Assembly: GCA_964016885.1 (NCBI GenBank)
Contig: OZ024740.1
Span: 116,622,001-116,686,000 of the forward strand
DNA: 64,000 nucleotides
Reading direction: 5' to 3'
DNA from: Eledone cirrhosa
Lineage: Eukaryota
Of the stretch, positions 53,338 through 64,000 are shown piece after piece. Under the pieces are notes generated by a model that saw nothing but the letters and a program-made list of their open reading frames with translations, made no database searches and was not told the DNA's origin. The position numbers and the translations under genes were made by a program. Every line of letters begins with the position of its first letter. Position 1 is the first letter of the stretch.

Positions 53338-53604
53338 CACAAACACATATACACACACATACACACACATACATGTATATATATATCGACACATGTACGC
53401 CGCATACACCCTTTTAGTGAAACGTTGTTGTTACAACCTGAACCCACATTGTTGTGAAGCCAACTTCTTCACCTCGATTCCTTCTCTGGCGCCTAAACAT
53501 GAAAACGTTTCAGCTACACGCAATATATAACATTTAGAGTAAATAACTCAATCCTACTTAAATGTAAACAAATATTTAAAAAACAAGAGTGTGGGATAGT
53601 CTTG

Positions 53605-53676
<72 letters not shown>

Positions 53677-53747
53677 ATGTAAAAGGTAAACAGAAATAAC
53701 AACATAATATATACGCATACATATATATATATGTATTTGTATATATG

Positions 53748-53838
<91 letters not shown>

Positions 53839-53858
53839 GTGTATATATACATATATAC

Positions 53859-53956
<98 letters not shown>

Positions 53957-54199
53957 ATCTATCTATCTCTCTCTCTCTGTATATATATATATGTAGAAGG
54001 TGAGTAATATTGTAGAACAATAAATGTATGGATATATCAGATAAGAAGAAATAAAAAAATGGTTAAAAAAGTTCCATATATTTTATTATGCGCATTTCGA
54101 CAACAACATCATCGTGGGACAAAAATTCTTTTCTCATCAAATAAAATAAGGTAACATGATATGAGGCCTAAAAACAATTGTCAACAGGAAAGTGCTAAG

Positions 54200-54272
<73 letters not shown>

Positions 54273-54482
54273 GTATATATATGAAAGACGTAAAATAAGA
54301 ACATTTTTAAAATTAAAAATCAACTTACTTACTAAAATTTTCACTCCAACTAATTAGTTTCTGTAATGGGATAAATATAGTTACATAATATAACTATGGA
54401 GAATTCATTACGTCATCATATATATATATATATATATATAATAGGTTTCACCGTATTTTATATATATATATATAATAGGTTT

Positions 54483-54515
<33 letters not shown>

Positions 54516-54518
<3 letters not shown>

Positions 54519-54699
54519 GGTTTCACCGTATTTTTGATTAAAGGAATTTTAGCCTGATAATGGGGTTTAGAACCCTCAGATAAATGGAAAAAGATGAGTA
54601 TTGACGTACATCAATACTCATCTTTTTCCATTTAGCTGAGGGTCCTAAACCCCATTATCAGGCTAAAATTCCTTTAGTCAAAAATACGGTGAAAGCTAT
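54516..54699. repeat. Fold-back duplication (89-bp arms, 6-nt loop) of the 18594-type repeat
   Basis: Arms 54516-54604 and 54611-54699, loop CGTACA, few mismatches. Confidence 0.9.
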
Positions 54700-54747
54700 T
54701 CTATTTTCTAATTTCAAACGTGCTCACTGTTTCAAAACATACTTACT

Positions 54748-54818
<71 letters not shown>

Positions 54819-54862
54819 TATATACACATACACACACACATGTATATACATACACACACACA

Positions 54863-55018
<156 letters not shown>

Positions 55019-55534
55019 ATTGTAAGAGTGATGAAAATATCTGTATAATGTTTGAGGGTGAAGCGAAATGTGCCGGGGTGAACGGTTTGGGTGGAAAGAG
55101 CGGATGGTTTGACATCGAGTGAAGTGGTGTGCAATGTCTGAAGCTGAGTGTGTAATACCTTGAGTAACACAGCGAGCCATTCTTACATCTCTGCAATTGG
55201 GCAGAAAAATAGAAATACTGCACACACTAATGTAATTAGTAAGGTTGGATTTTTTTTTTTTAGTAAAGAGAGATTTTTTTTAATAAAAAAGAAACTAAAA
55301 GCAAACACAACACACAATAAAACAAAAACAAACATTTATGAACGAAATCCAAGAAGTATTATATGTGGGCACACGATACTTAAAAAAATATGGTGAGACA
55401 TTTTTTCCGAGTTATCTAGTGCGTTGGCGATCTTACTGCATTTCTTAATTTTCAAATATCTCTTTTGAATCAGACGTTATCTAAAAATTTCCGGCGCCTT
55501 TGCAGTAATCGATACGTACATACACAGACACATG

Positions 55535-55649
<115 letters not shown>

Positions 55650-55736
55650 GCACGCACACACACACACACACACTCACTCTCATACACACGCACATACACA
55701 CATGGAGGCTTACAAACACGCACACATACACATATA

Positions 55737-55783
<47 letters not shown>

Positions 55784-55974
55784 CTGTGTGTTTGTGTGTG
55801 TGTGTCTGTATACATGAGTCTGTGTATGTACGTATCGATTACTGTGTGCATGCGTGTATGTGAGTGCGTCTGTGTAATTATAATTTTCGGTGATTTCTCC
55901 GAATTGAGAAATCACAGCTCCGATACTACGGACATGTGATTAGAATGTCTCAGGAAAGAATCACTGAAACAGAT

Positions 55975-56223
55975 TTTATGGGCAAAACCAGCCGACAGGG
56001 GAACCCGGGATAGACCCTGAACAAGATGGTTGGATAACATCCATGAACTCGGTAGGTCTCGCTTGGGGATCCAGCCGGATCACTTGGAGATGGTAACTTC
56101 TGGCACGGCACGTGGAAGGAGTGTTTGAGAACTCTACCTCTAGAAGAAGAAGAAGAAGAAGAAGAAGAAGAAGAAGAAGAAGAAGAAGAAGAAGAAGAAG
56201 AAGAAGAAGAAGAAGAAGAAGAA
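55975..56223 (+). mobile_element. RTE-like 3' end with (GAA)n tail
   Basis: G.R.RP.TRWLDNI...LGI remnant followed by ~27 GAA repeats. Confidence 0.55.
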
Positions 56224-57458
56224 GGTGATGCAGATAGTAGACGTCAGAGACAAAAACTGACACACCAGTTCAATCGATCAAATATATTTTGCTATTTTTT
56301 TCCTCCTCAGTTGCACCCCCCCCCCATTCTTCGGCCTCAGTTGTATCAGGCGTTCCTTTCTCATTCTCGCCACCGCCATCTCTGACTCTGGTGCACAAAC
56401 CTTGCAGTGAACATCTAATCATCTGTTCTAGTGTTAACAAAAAAAAAAATAAATAAATAAAATAAAAGCATGATACAAAATATATAACTTAACAAAAATC
56501 AGATCTTGAGCCCTTAAACAAGTAATTCCGAAACATGGAGCTCTTTGTTCTTAGGGGAGTAATTTCAAATCCCAGCAGAGGTATTTTAGGCAACGGTGGA
56601 ATTGAGGAGCCATTGTGTATAATTATTAAAGCTCAAGTCAGAATTTCTTCCAAGGGAATAAGTAGAGATTTTAACATTTGAAATTATTATTTAATACTAT
56701 CGACTATGTTTGGTTTATAGCTAAACAGGGCACAGAAGTAGATAATGATAAACATAATAAAAATTAATATAACAATCGGGAAGAGATAAAAAAAGAGGGG
56801 TGGGATGGGAAGAAAAAAATGAAATAATAAAAAAAGTGAAAGGGGCGGTGGGAGAGAAAACACTACACCCTTAGCTAGGCAGTACATCTCAGCTACGCTA
56901 AGTGGACAATATGCTGAAAGCATCAGCCATTCCACCTTTTCGAGGCTTATTCCTCGGGTGGGATGCACTCCTATCGATTTTACAGAGAAAGAGAGTAATC
57001 CAGGAATTGAAGATATCAGAAATCTTGACAGATACCGGCAGATATACCAAACTATAAGGGTGATCAAGAATTAACAGTTAAGACAAAAAAAAAAACCCTT
57101 CTGCTTTAGACTTAATTACATTTGGGACTATACAATTATTGAGATTTGAAAAGCTTGCTCATATTATTATGGTGCTCAGCTGAAACATTGCTAGTTACAA
57201 TTCAAATCGGGAAGGAAGTGAAGAAATCTAGGATTACAAGGAGAGGAATCGCGTATCCTGAGTCTTTGCAAACCACTGCAATAAACTGATATAATATCAT
57301 ATTTTTATGTGTTACTCTTACACATATACGTATATAACTGCTATTCCAACCATTTCAAAGGCAATTAAGCTGTTTTCTGTAAGTGAGAAGTACAATCCAT
57401 AACGAAGAATAATGTATGCAAAAAGAAATACGTAGACGCCATAGTGCAAAATTTCATG

Positions 57459-57748
57459 TGAAGGCGCGTGGCTTAGTCGTGAGAGTGTACGGTTCAAGAT
57501 CGTATGGTCGGGATTAAGATTCTTGGCAGCACGTGTTATCCTTGAGCAAGACAATTTATTTCACGTTGTGGAATATCTTGTGGATATGAAAGAGGTTCTA
57601 GGGCAAGGCAATTTATTTGTCGTTGCTCCATTCCACACTGTCACGTTGTGGAATATCTCAGCGACTTCCACATAAATTTGACGAACATGTCCTTTCGTTA
57701 GTCATACAACTGTAGCATTCATCTCCGTAACTGACGGAGGGCCAACTC
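57459..57748 (+). mobile_element. Family A SINE, internally rearranged
   Basis: GAAGGCGCGTGGCTTAG head, CCTTGAGCAAGACAATTTATTTCACGTTG core, ACTGACGGAGGGCCAAC end. Confidence 0.75.
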
Positions 57749-58034
57749 ATAAATTCATATAGCGTTGATTGATTTACACTAATGTATTTATTCTACAAGT
57801 GCAGCTAGGGCCAATTCAGGCATAAGTGTTTCGGTGTACATATTACGTTCGTATTAATTTAAGCTTATATAATTAAGAATGTGCAAAATATTCCATACAA
57901 AGTTTGTTTCAGATTTAATTAAATTTAACATTAGATACACCCTCGAATTAAAATTTAAATATTTTCTTTGATCAAAAGGCAGTAAAATACATTATAAATT
58001 ACTTTAAATGACAATTACCAGATAATTAAGAATA

Positions 58035-58130
58035 ATTGTTTCTACTTTAGGCACAAGGCCACCAATTACCCAGTTCATTACTGGTACTTTATTTTATCGA
58101 CCCCTTAAGGATGAAAGGCAAATTCAACCT
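58035..58130 (-). mobile_element. Family B SINE fragment with TAAGAATAAT direct flanks
   Basis: Core match; TTAAGAATAAT at ~58026 and ~58130. Confidence 0.85.
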
Positions 58131-58165
58131 TAAGAATAATGACTAATAGTTTTTCATACCATGCA

Positions 58166-58209
<44 letters not shown>

Positions 58210-58341
58210 AAAGTTATATTTAATTTGTTGGGATTCAACAAGCTTAAACGTTTTATAACTGATATGAAGCACTCAACAGCTAACTGAAGTAAATATTCAA
58301 TATATTAATAAATGGAAACTATATTTATAAAACCATAATTA

Positions 58342-58403
58342 TTTTATTATATATATTTCAAGGGCAACCAAGGCAAATTTTGGTGCGCTTTCATCAGATA
58401 AAA
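58342..58403 (-). ncRNA. Type I hammerhead ribozyme motif
   Basis: Minus strand TTTTAT-CTGATGA-AAG.GCA.CCAA/TTGG.TGC.CTT-GAAA-TATATA-T-A-ATAAAA; 6-7 bp helix I, AUA site at 58348. Confidence 0.75.
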
Positions 58404-58429
58404 TACAAAATTTGTTTTATAAATGTTGA

Positions 58430-58509
58430 CATACCCGCTGAAAAACAACCTTGACGGTTGAAGGTTCCAGAGAACCTTCAACCGTCAAGGTTGTTTTTCA
58501 GCGGGTATG
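58430..58509. repeat. Perfect hairpin, 38-bp arms with 4-nt loop
   Basis: CATACCCGCTGAAAAACAACCTTGACGGTTGAAGGTTC-CAGA-exact reverse complement. Confidence 0.95.
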
Positions 58510-58516
58510 CCTCCAT

Positions 58517-58580
<64 letters not shown>

Positions 58581-58771
58581 GAAGGACGAAAAGAGTATTC
58601 AATACTGAAGGAGAGTTTAATACTGCCGGAGCCATATAGAAGCCTTCCTGACAGAGGGCATATCTTGGGCATTTTGCACCTGGTGGAGCCAATTCTCCTC
58701 CCGGTGGAACACTGCCAAATTCTTTCCGAGTAAGGATAAAGAGGAATTGAACATGATATATAGACGAAGAA

Positions 58772-58918
58772 TAGACCCCAGTGCTAGACTGATAATTATT
58801 TTCTCGACCTCGGAAGGATGAAAGGCAAAGTTGATCTCGGCGGGAATGAACTCAGAGAATCGAAACGAATACTGCAAAGCATCCCTACCAAAGTTCTAAT
58901 GACTCTGACAATTGGCAG
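58772..58918 (-). mobile_element. Family B SINE
   Basis: GACCCCAGTGCTAGACTG..CGGAAGGATGAAAGGCAAAGTTGATCTCGGCGGGAATGAACTCAG. Confidence 0.85.
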
Positions 58919-59214
58919 CCTTCTTCAAATAATACATACAGGTATTCTATTCTGTCCGCCGGGGCTGCTGGGCTGCCAGCGCGTGGGCCCCATTTGCTTA
59001 CAATAGTAAGAGATGGGGAGAGCGGGAGAAACGGAGGCAGTGACAGTGGGAGTTTGGTTCTCTTGTGTTCGGAACTTGTGAATATGAATATATTTCACGG
59101 ACACATACTCACGCACACCTTTCACAGAGAATCCACGTGGATCTGAAAAGGATAGATAGTAACTTAACATACGGTTCTTATATAAAATTCTCTCTCTGTC
59201 TCTCTCCCTATATA

Positions 59215-59264
<50 letters not shown>

Positions 59265-59269
<5 letters not shown>

Positions 59270-59893
59270 TGTATGTATAGTATATTTGGCAATATACTAT
59301 ACATACATTCATATATATATATATATGAATGCATGTATAGTATATTTGGCAATATACCGTATGTTTAATTAAAAACATTTTGAAAACCTTGCGCTATCAT
59401 TTTAAAGTAGTGACTATGTCACTTACTTCTTTTTTCGGCAAAGGAATGGAGAGAAGCCGACAGATTCTGTTTCACACTGTTGGTGTTCCTCCGCCGAAAA
59501 TTATAGAGGCTGGTTTCTTATAGAATTCCAGTAATAATCAGGAACTGATTATACAGAGCGATTGCCGGTCCAGCAAAAATTAAAAATTAGGATTAGTGCT
59601 CTGAAATAGCGATGTATACATGAATGTATGTATAGTATATTTGGCAATATACCGTATGTTTAATTAAAAAACATTTTGAAGACCTTGCGCTATCGAGGAA
59701 CACCAACAGTGTGAAAAAGAATCTGCCAGCTTCTCTCCCTTCCTTTGCCGAAAAAAGAAATAATTGACATAGTCACTACTTTATAATGATAGCGCAAGGT
59801 CTTCAAAATGTTTTTAATTAAACATACGGTATATTGCCAAATATACTATACATACATTCATGTATACATCGCTATTTCAGAGCACCAATCCTA

Positions 59894-59897
<4 letters not shown>
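59265..59897. mobile_element. Partial tandem (295-bp unit) plus inverted copy, Penelope/retrozyme-like, between (TA)n tracts
   Basis: The unit starts at 59325 and again at 59620; 59695-59897 is the reverse complement across the unit junction. A 22-bp-arm hairpin lies at 59265-59312 and a decayed hammerhead on the minus strand at 59459-59493. Confidence 0.7.
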
Positions 59898-59939
<42 letters not shown>

Positions 59940-59944
<5 letters not shown>

Positions 59945-60578
59945 ATGAAATACCAATGATGGTTGGCAAATCACTGACGAAGGACTATTTTTATCATATG
60001 TAACCCATGTGCAAGCCACGCAGTATTCTTCTTTCTTCTCATGTTTTTTATATATATTTACCTCGGCTGCGTTTGTCTGTTTCTCTCTTACTGCTTCCCC
60101 GCTCTCTCTGTTTCTCTCACCTTCTTTCGCCCCCTCTGTCAGTTACACTTTCTCTCGACTGACCGCTTCCTCGCGCTTCCACTCACTCACTCTCTGTTTC
60201 TCCCCTTCTCACTTCCTCCCCTTTGGCTAACAGTGGGCCTTTTCTTGCTTCCATCTCACTCACGTCGGACGTCTGTACTAATCGCTCATGAAATCCACCC
60301 AGGTTATGCTGACCAGGACTACCATGTTGCTTGTTTATTTCCTTTCTTTGGTTTATTTTTATCCTTCTATGTTGTTCACTTGTCCCCCTCGCTTTACGCG
60401 ATTACTGGTCCCAATAACTTTTTTTTAGCTTATTGCTCGCACCAACCTGAGGTATCGGATTTTTAATGCGATGAAATACCAATGATGGTTGGCAAATCAC
60501 TGACGAAGGACTATTTTTATCATATGTAACCCATGTGCAAACCACGCAGTATTCTTTCTTCTCATGTTTTTTATATAT
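59940..60578. mobile_element. Element with ~115-bp terminal direct repeats (period 526) between (TA)n tracts
   Basis: ATGCGATGAAATACCAATGATGGTTGGCAAATCACTGACGAAGG...CATGTTTTTTATATATA at 59940 and 60466. Confidence 0.75.
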
Positions 60579-60700
60579 ATATATATATATATATGTATGT
60601 AAATTTTCTTTTATATACACACACACACACACATATATATATAATTGGGAGAGGAAATAGTATATATTTTATCTTGTGATTCTATAGACATGTTTTTATG

Positions 60701-60733
<33 letters not shown>

Positions 60734-60799
60734 AAAGAAAATTTCGCTCTACATGGCTGAATACAATAAATGTAATCTGCGTTTTTCCAATATTAATAA

Positions 60800-60984
60800 T
60801 TATTTCTACTTTAGGCACAAGGCAAGCAATTACCCAGTGCATTACTGGTACTTTATTTTATCGACCCCGTAAGGATGAAAGGCAAAGTCAACCTTGGCGG
60901 GATTTGAACTCAGATCGTAAAGGGATGTAACTATGCTGGAAAGCATGGCGTCCGACCCTCTACTGATACTGCCAATCCACCGCC
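60800..60984 (-). mobile_element. Family B SINE (short variant), young
   Basis: Nearly identical to 17437-17618. Confidence 0.9.
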
Positions 60985-60989
60985 CTCTA

Positions 60990-61376
60990 TTTTCGAATAT
61001 TAATAATAACATTCAATTCGTTTGCAATTATGCAAACAAGCCTCAATTTTATAATCATGTCAGTAGAATAAACACTTCATTCTTGCTCTTATGTTGGCAT
61101 GCGAACAGACCTGCAGACACTAATGTTTCTGGGTATCACCCTTCATCAGTACAGCTCACTGTTCATCTGCCAAACTGTCAGAGCTAGTTTAGAAAATACA
61201 CAGTGACTGATCGGCCTGTTTTGCATATTAGCAGACTGGCCAGTCAGTTTCCTGTATACGAGCGATGCCAACATAAGAGCAAAAATGAAGTGTTCATTCT
61301 ATTGACATGGCTATAAAATTGAGGCTTGTTTGCATAATTGCAAACGAATCGAATGTTATTATTAATATTCGAAAAA
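60990..61376. repeat. Inverted repeat with ~110-bp arms enclosing a hammerhead
   Basis: Arms 60990-61100 and 61266-61376. Confidence 0.9.
61111..61154 (-). ncRNA. Type I hammerhead ribozyme motif
   Basis: Minus strand CTGTA-CTGATGA-A GGGT GAT ACCC A-GAAA-CA TTAG TG-T-C-TGCAG; GUC site at 61116. Confidence 0.8.
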
Positions 61377-61529
61377 CTCAGATTACATTTATTATATATA
61401 TATATAAATGAGATAAATGAGATCGAGATCGAGATCGTGTAGGTGTCACGAGAAAAAAAACACAGTCCACGCTGTAATGTGGTCGTGTAGGTAACACGGT
61501 AAAAAGTTCCCAGTTCCACACTGTAAATG

Positions 61530-61690
61530 TGGTTGGTGTTAGGAAGGGCATCCAGCCGTAGAAAACCTGCCAGATAGTCCTATATGAGCGAGACACAGTC
61601 ACCCGACCAACCTTGCCTCATGTGGGACAACTCCCGTCTAACCCTTGCTAGCGTGGAAAGTGGACGTTAAACGAGGATGATGATGATGAT
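61530..61690 (+). mobile_element. Short element with RTE-type tail
   Basis: TTGGTGTTAGGAAGGGCATCCAGCCGTAGAAAACCTGCCA..CTAACCCTTGCTAGCGTGGAAAGTGGACGTTAAACGAGGATGATG. Confidence 0.8.
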
Positions 61691-61903
61691 ATATATATAT
61701 ATTCTTGTGTGCATGCGATGCGCTCGCCCGTGTACGTGTGTGTGCATTTAAATACTTGCATGTTATGCAGGGAAATATGCAGACATACTACTTTCTTTCT
61801 CCCTCCCCCACCCTGCTTCCGTTCCTCGTTTCTCCCTTCTCTTCCTCTCTCCCACAAAAACCAAACAAACACAACACATATACGCACATGCACACATACA
61901 CAC

Positions 61904-61956
<53 letters not shown>

Positions 61957-61986
61957 TATGTATATGTGTGTGCGTGTGTGAATATA

Positions 61987-62031
<45 letters not shown>

Positions 62032-62112
62032 CTCTCGTTCTCTCTCTCTCTGTCTCTCTCTCCCCCTCTTTCTCTATCTCTCTCTCCCCCTATCTCTCTC
62101 CCCCTCTCTCTC

Positions 62113-62171
<59 letters not shown>

Positions 62172-62592
62172 TACCAAGTCATGCACTATCTTCTGACATT
62201 AGTGCTAATGTATACATTGTATATCTCAGTTATAAATCGACTGTAAAATCTGTAAATTAAAAAAAGAAAGGCAGAGATGAGGGTAAGCTTAAATTTCAAA
62301 TATTACGGGAAATTAAAATATATTGTTACCGCGGAGCACGCTGAGCCCATTTAAAGTAATATTTATAGCTATTTTACGTGTACATAATGTCAGTTAAATA
62401 GGCATTCAGTTATTACTGTTTATTCATTTATCTATTTATTACTTGAAGAAAAATATGGCTCAGCTCAGAACGTAATAGAATATAACTGAAGCTGAAGCCC
62501 ATCCGATATATGCAACCAATCACTGAATGGTACACAGTGTTTCTAATTTTATGCGATCCCATAATTTCGGAATATTAATAATAATAATTATT

Positions 62593-62900
62593 ATTTCTAC
62601 TTTAGGCACAAGGTCTGCAATTTTAGGGGATGGGGAAAGTCGATTAAATCGACCCCAGTGCATTACTGATACTTTATTTTATCGACCCCGTAATGATGGT
62701 TTCTTATTTAGGAACAAAGCCAGCAATTTTGGGTGAGGGGAAAGTCGATTAAGTCGACTCCAGTGCGTGACTGGTACTTTATTTTATCGACCCCGTAATG
62801 ATGAAAGCCAAAGCTTTGAACTCAGAACTTAAAGGGACGTAACTCCATGCCGCAAAAGGATGTTGTCCAACGCTCTACAGATACTGCCAATTTATCACCC
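62593..62900 (-). mobile_element. Tandem or partially duplicated family B SINEs
   Basis: Two successive cores ending CGACCCCGTAATGATG at ~62683 and ~62788. Confidence 0.85.
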
Positions 62901-62914
62901 TTATAATAATAATA

Positions 62915-62955
<41 letters not shown>

Positions 62956-63099
62956 AATTTCTTTATTAACTACAAATGGTTTCCACGAAGAAAACATTAA
63001 GGACGGCATATAACAAAACATTAAGCTTGTACATGTATGTGCGTGTGTTTATGTGTGTGTGTGTTTATATGTGTGTGTCTATGTGTGTGTGTGTAAACA

Positions 63100-63640
63100 G
63101 GTTTAACGAAAATAAAAGGCAGGTAACTATAAAATAGTAACAAATAGTATTCCTCAATAGGAAGGAGATTTCCGAGGGCTACACGTAAACTCCCCTTCCC
63201 CATAAATCACCGTTGTTCTGATCGCTTTGACAAGTGCCTTCTTACGGTTCTTCAGCTTCGACTTACAGGCATATACTCAGGGCAGGCTACTCTTATCCTC
63301 CTGTTAACAAAATTGCTGGAAGGCAATACTTCCCTCTCCACCCTGATTTTCCTCTTCAAGTGAAACTTGAAGCATTAATAAGAGATTGGCTTAAGAAGGT
63401 AGTGAGTGTTTGTCACGCCATGGCCACCGGGCATATAAAAATTGCTTGTCCTTCTCGGTTAAAGGGGGGCGGTGGGGCGATCTTCAGGATGGACACAGCT
63501 AACAGCCAGGTCCGTACCACATGTGACAGCAACTGTTCAACATAAACGCACAAGGCACTGGACGATTATGTACGGGATAGCGTGCATCTCGGACATGCTT
63601 GATTGATAGCACTTCTGAGCGTAAGATTTCTGTCAAAAGC
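63100..63640 (-). mobile_element. L1/Tx1-like LINE ORF2 C-terminal remnant
   Basis: Minus strand CPRC..YVEQLLSHV..SILKIAPP..KFHLKRKIRVEREVLPSSNFVNRRIRVA, frameshifted. Confidence 0.55.
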
Positions 63641-64000
63641 AAAAAAGCAGACCATAGTACTATTATAAATGCCAAATTTGTGGTTTATATTCTGACAAAA
63701 AGAGAAGTGGTCATCCCTGAAATACTACTCCCAGAGACATCATATCATAAAAAAACGTTGCCTTACGTTCTATTATAAGTTCATGGAAAAAGATTAACGC
63801 TGCACTGCATCTAAAGAGTCAGAGACTCGGTATTAGGACTGTATTATGCCGGAACTGTTTCATTCGAATGAAACAGTTCTAGTCCTGAAGACATGCCTTG
63901 TCCGCGCCTTGTCCGTTCCCTTATCGTTTTAATTTGGATTGCCTCGGGAACGTAACCTTATTATGTAAGAAGCTGTCTAATGATGTCATGGCACTGGGTA

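Noticed and set aside
56687-57067. 126-aa minus-strand ORF
   Set aside because: No recognisable domain and a low-complexity hydrophobic tail; more likely a decayed LINE 3' end.

Overview
This is a gene-poor, repeat-saturated AT-rich animal window. The SINE, RTE and microsatellite complement suggests an octopus or other cephalopod genome, which is an inference. I can support no host protein-coding gene, and nearly all ORF-track entries are microsatellite or satellite artefacts. The window holds an ~11 kb array of a 39-bp satellite with internal block duplications (3.5-14.45 kb), about 35 tRNA-derived SINE copies from at least three families, decayed RTE, CRE-like and L1/Tx1-like LINE pieces, and two Helitron remnants. 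Two R4/Dong-like RLE retrotransposon 3' ends each sit inside (TACA)n in the same orientation, and three RTE-derived elements are stacked in (ATGT)n. The most striking unannotated signal is a dense population of type I hammerhead ribozyme motifs: 8 with intact core and helices, plus several decayed ones. They occur in short, mutually unrelated inserts next to microsatellites, mostly (TA)n. Almost all have a palindromic helix III and often an adjacent AATAAA. Several share an unusual A.A or U.U mismatch at the base of helix II, and several lie in or near fold-back duplications. This points to a diverse Penelope-like/retrozyme system. Coordinates of decayed repeats are approximate, and family names come from motif recognition, not database searches.
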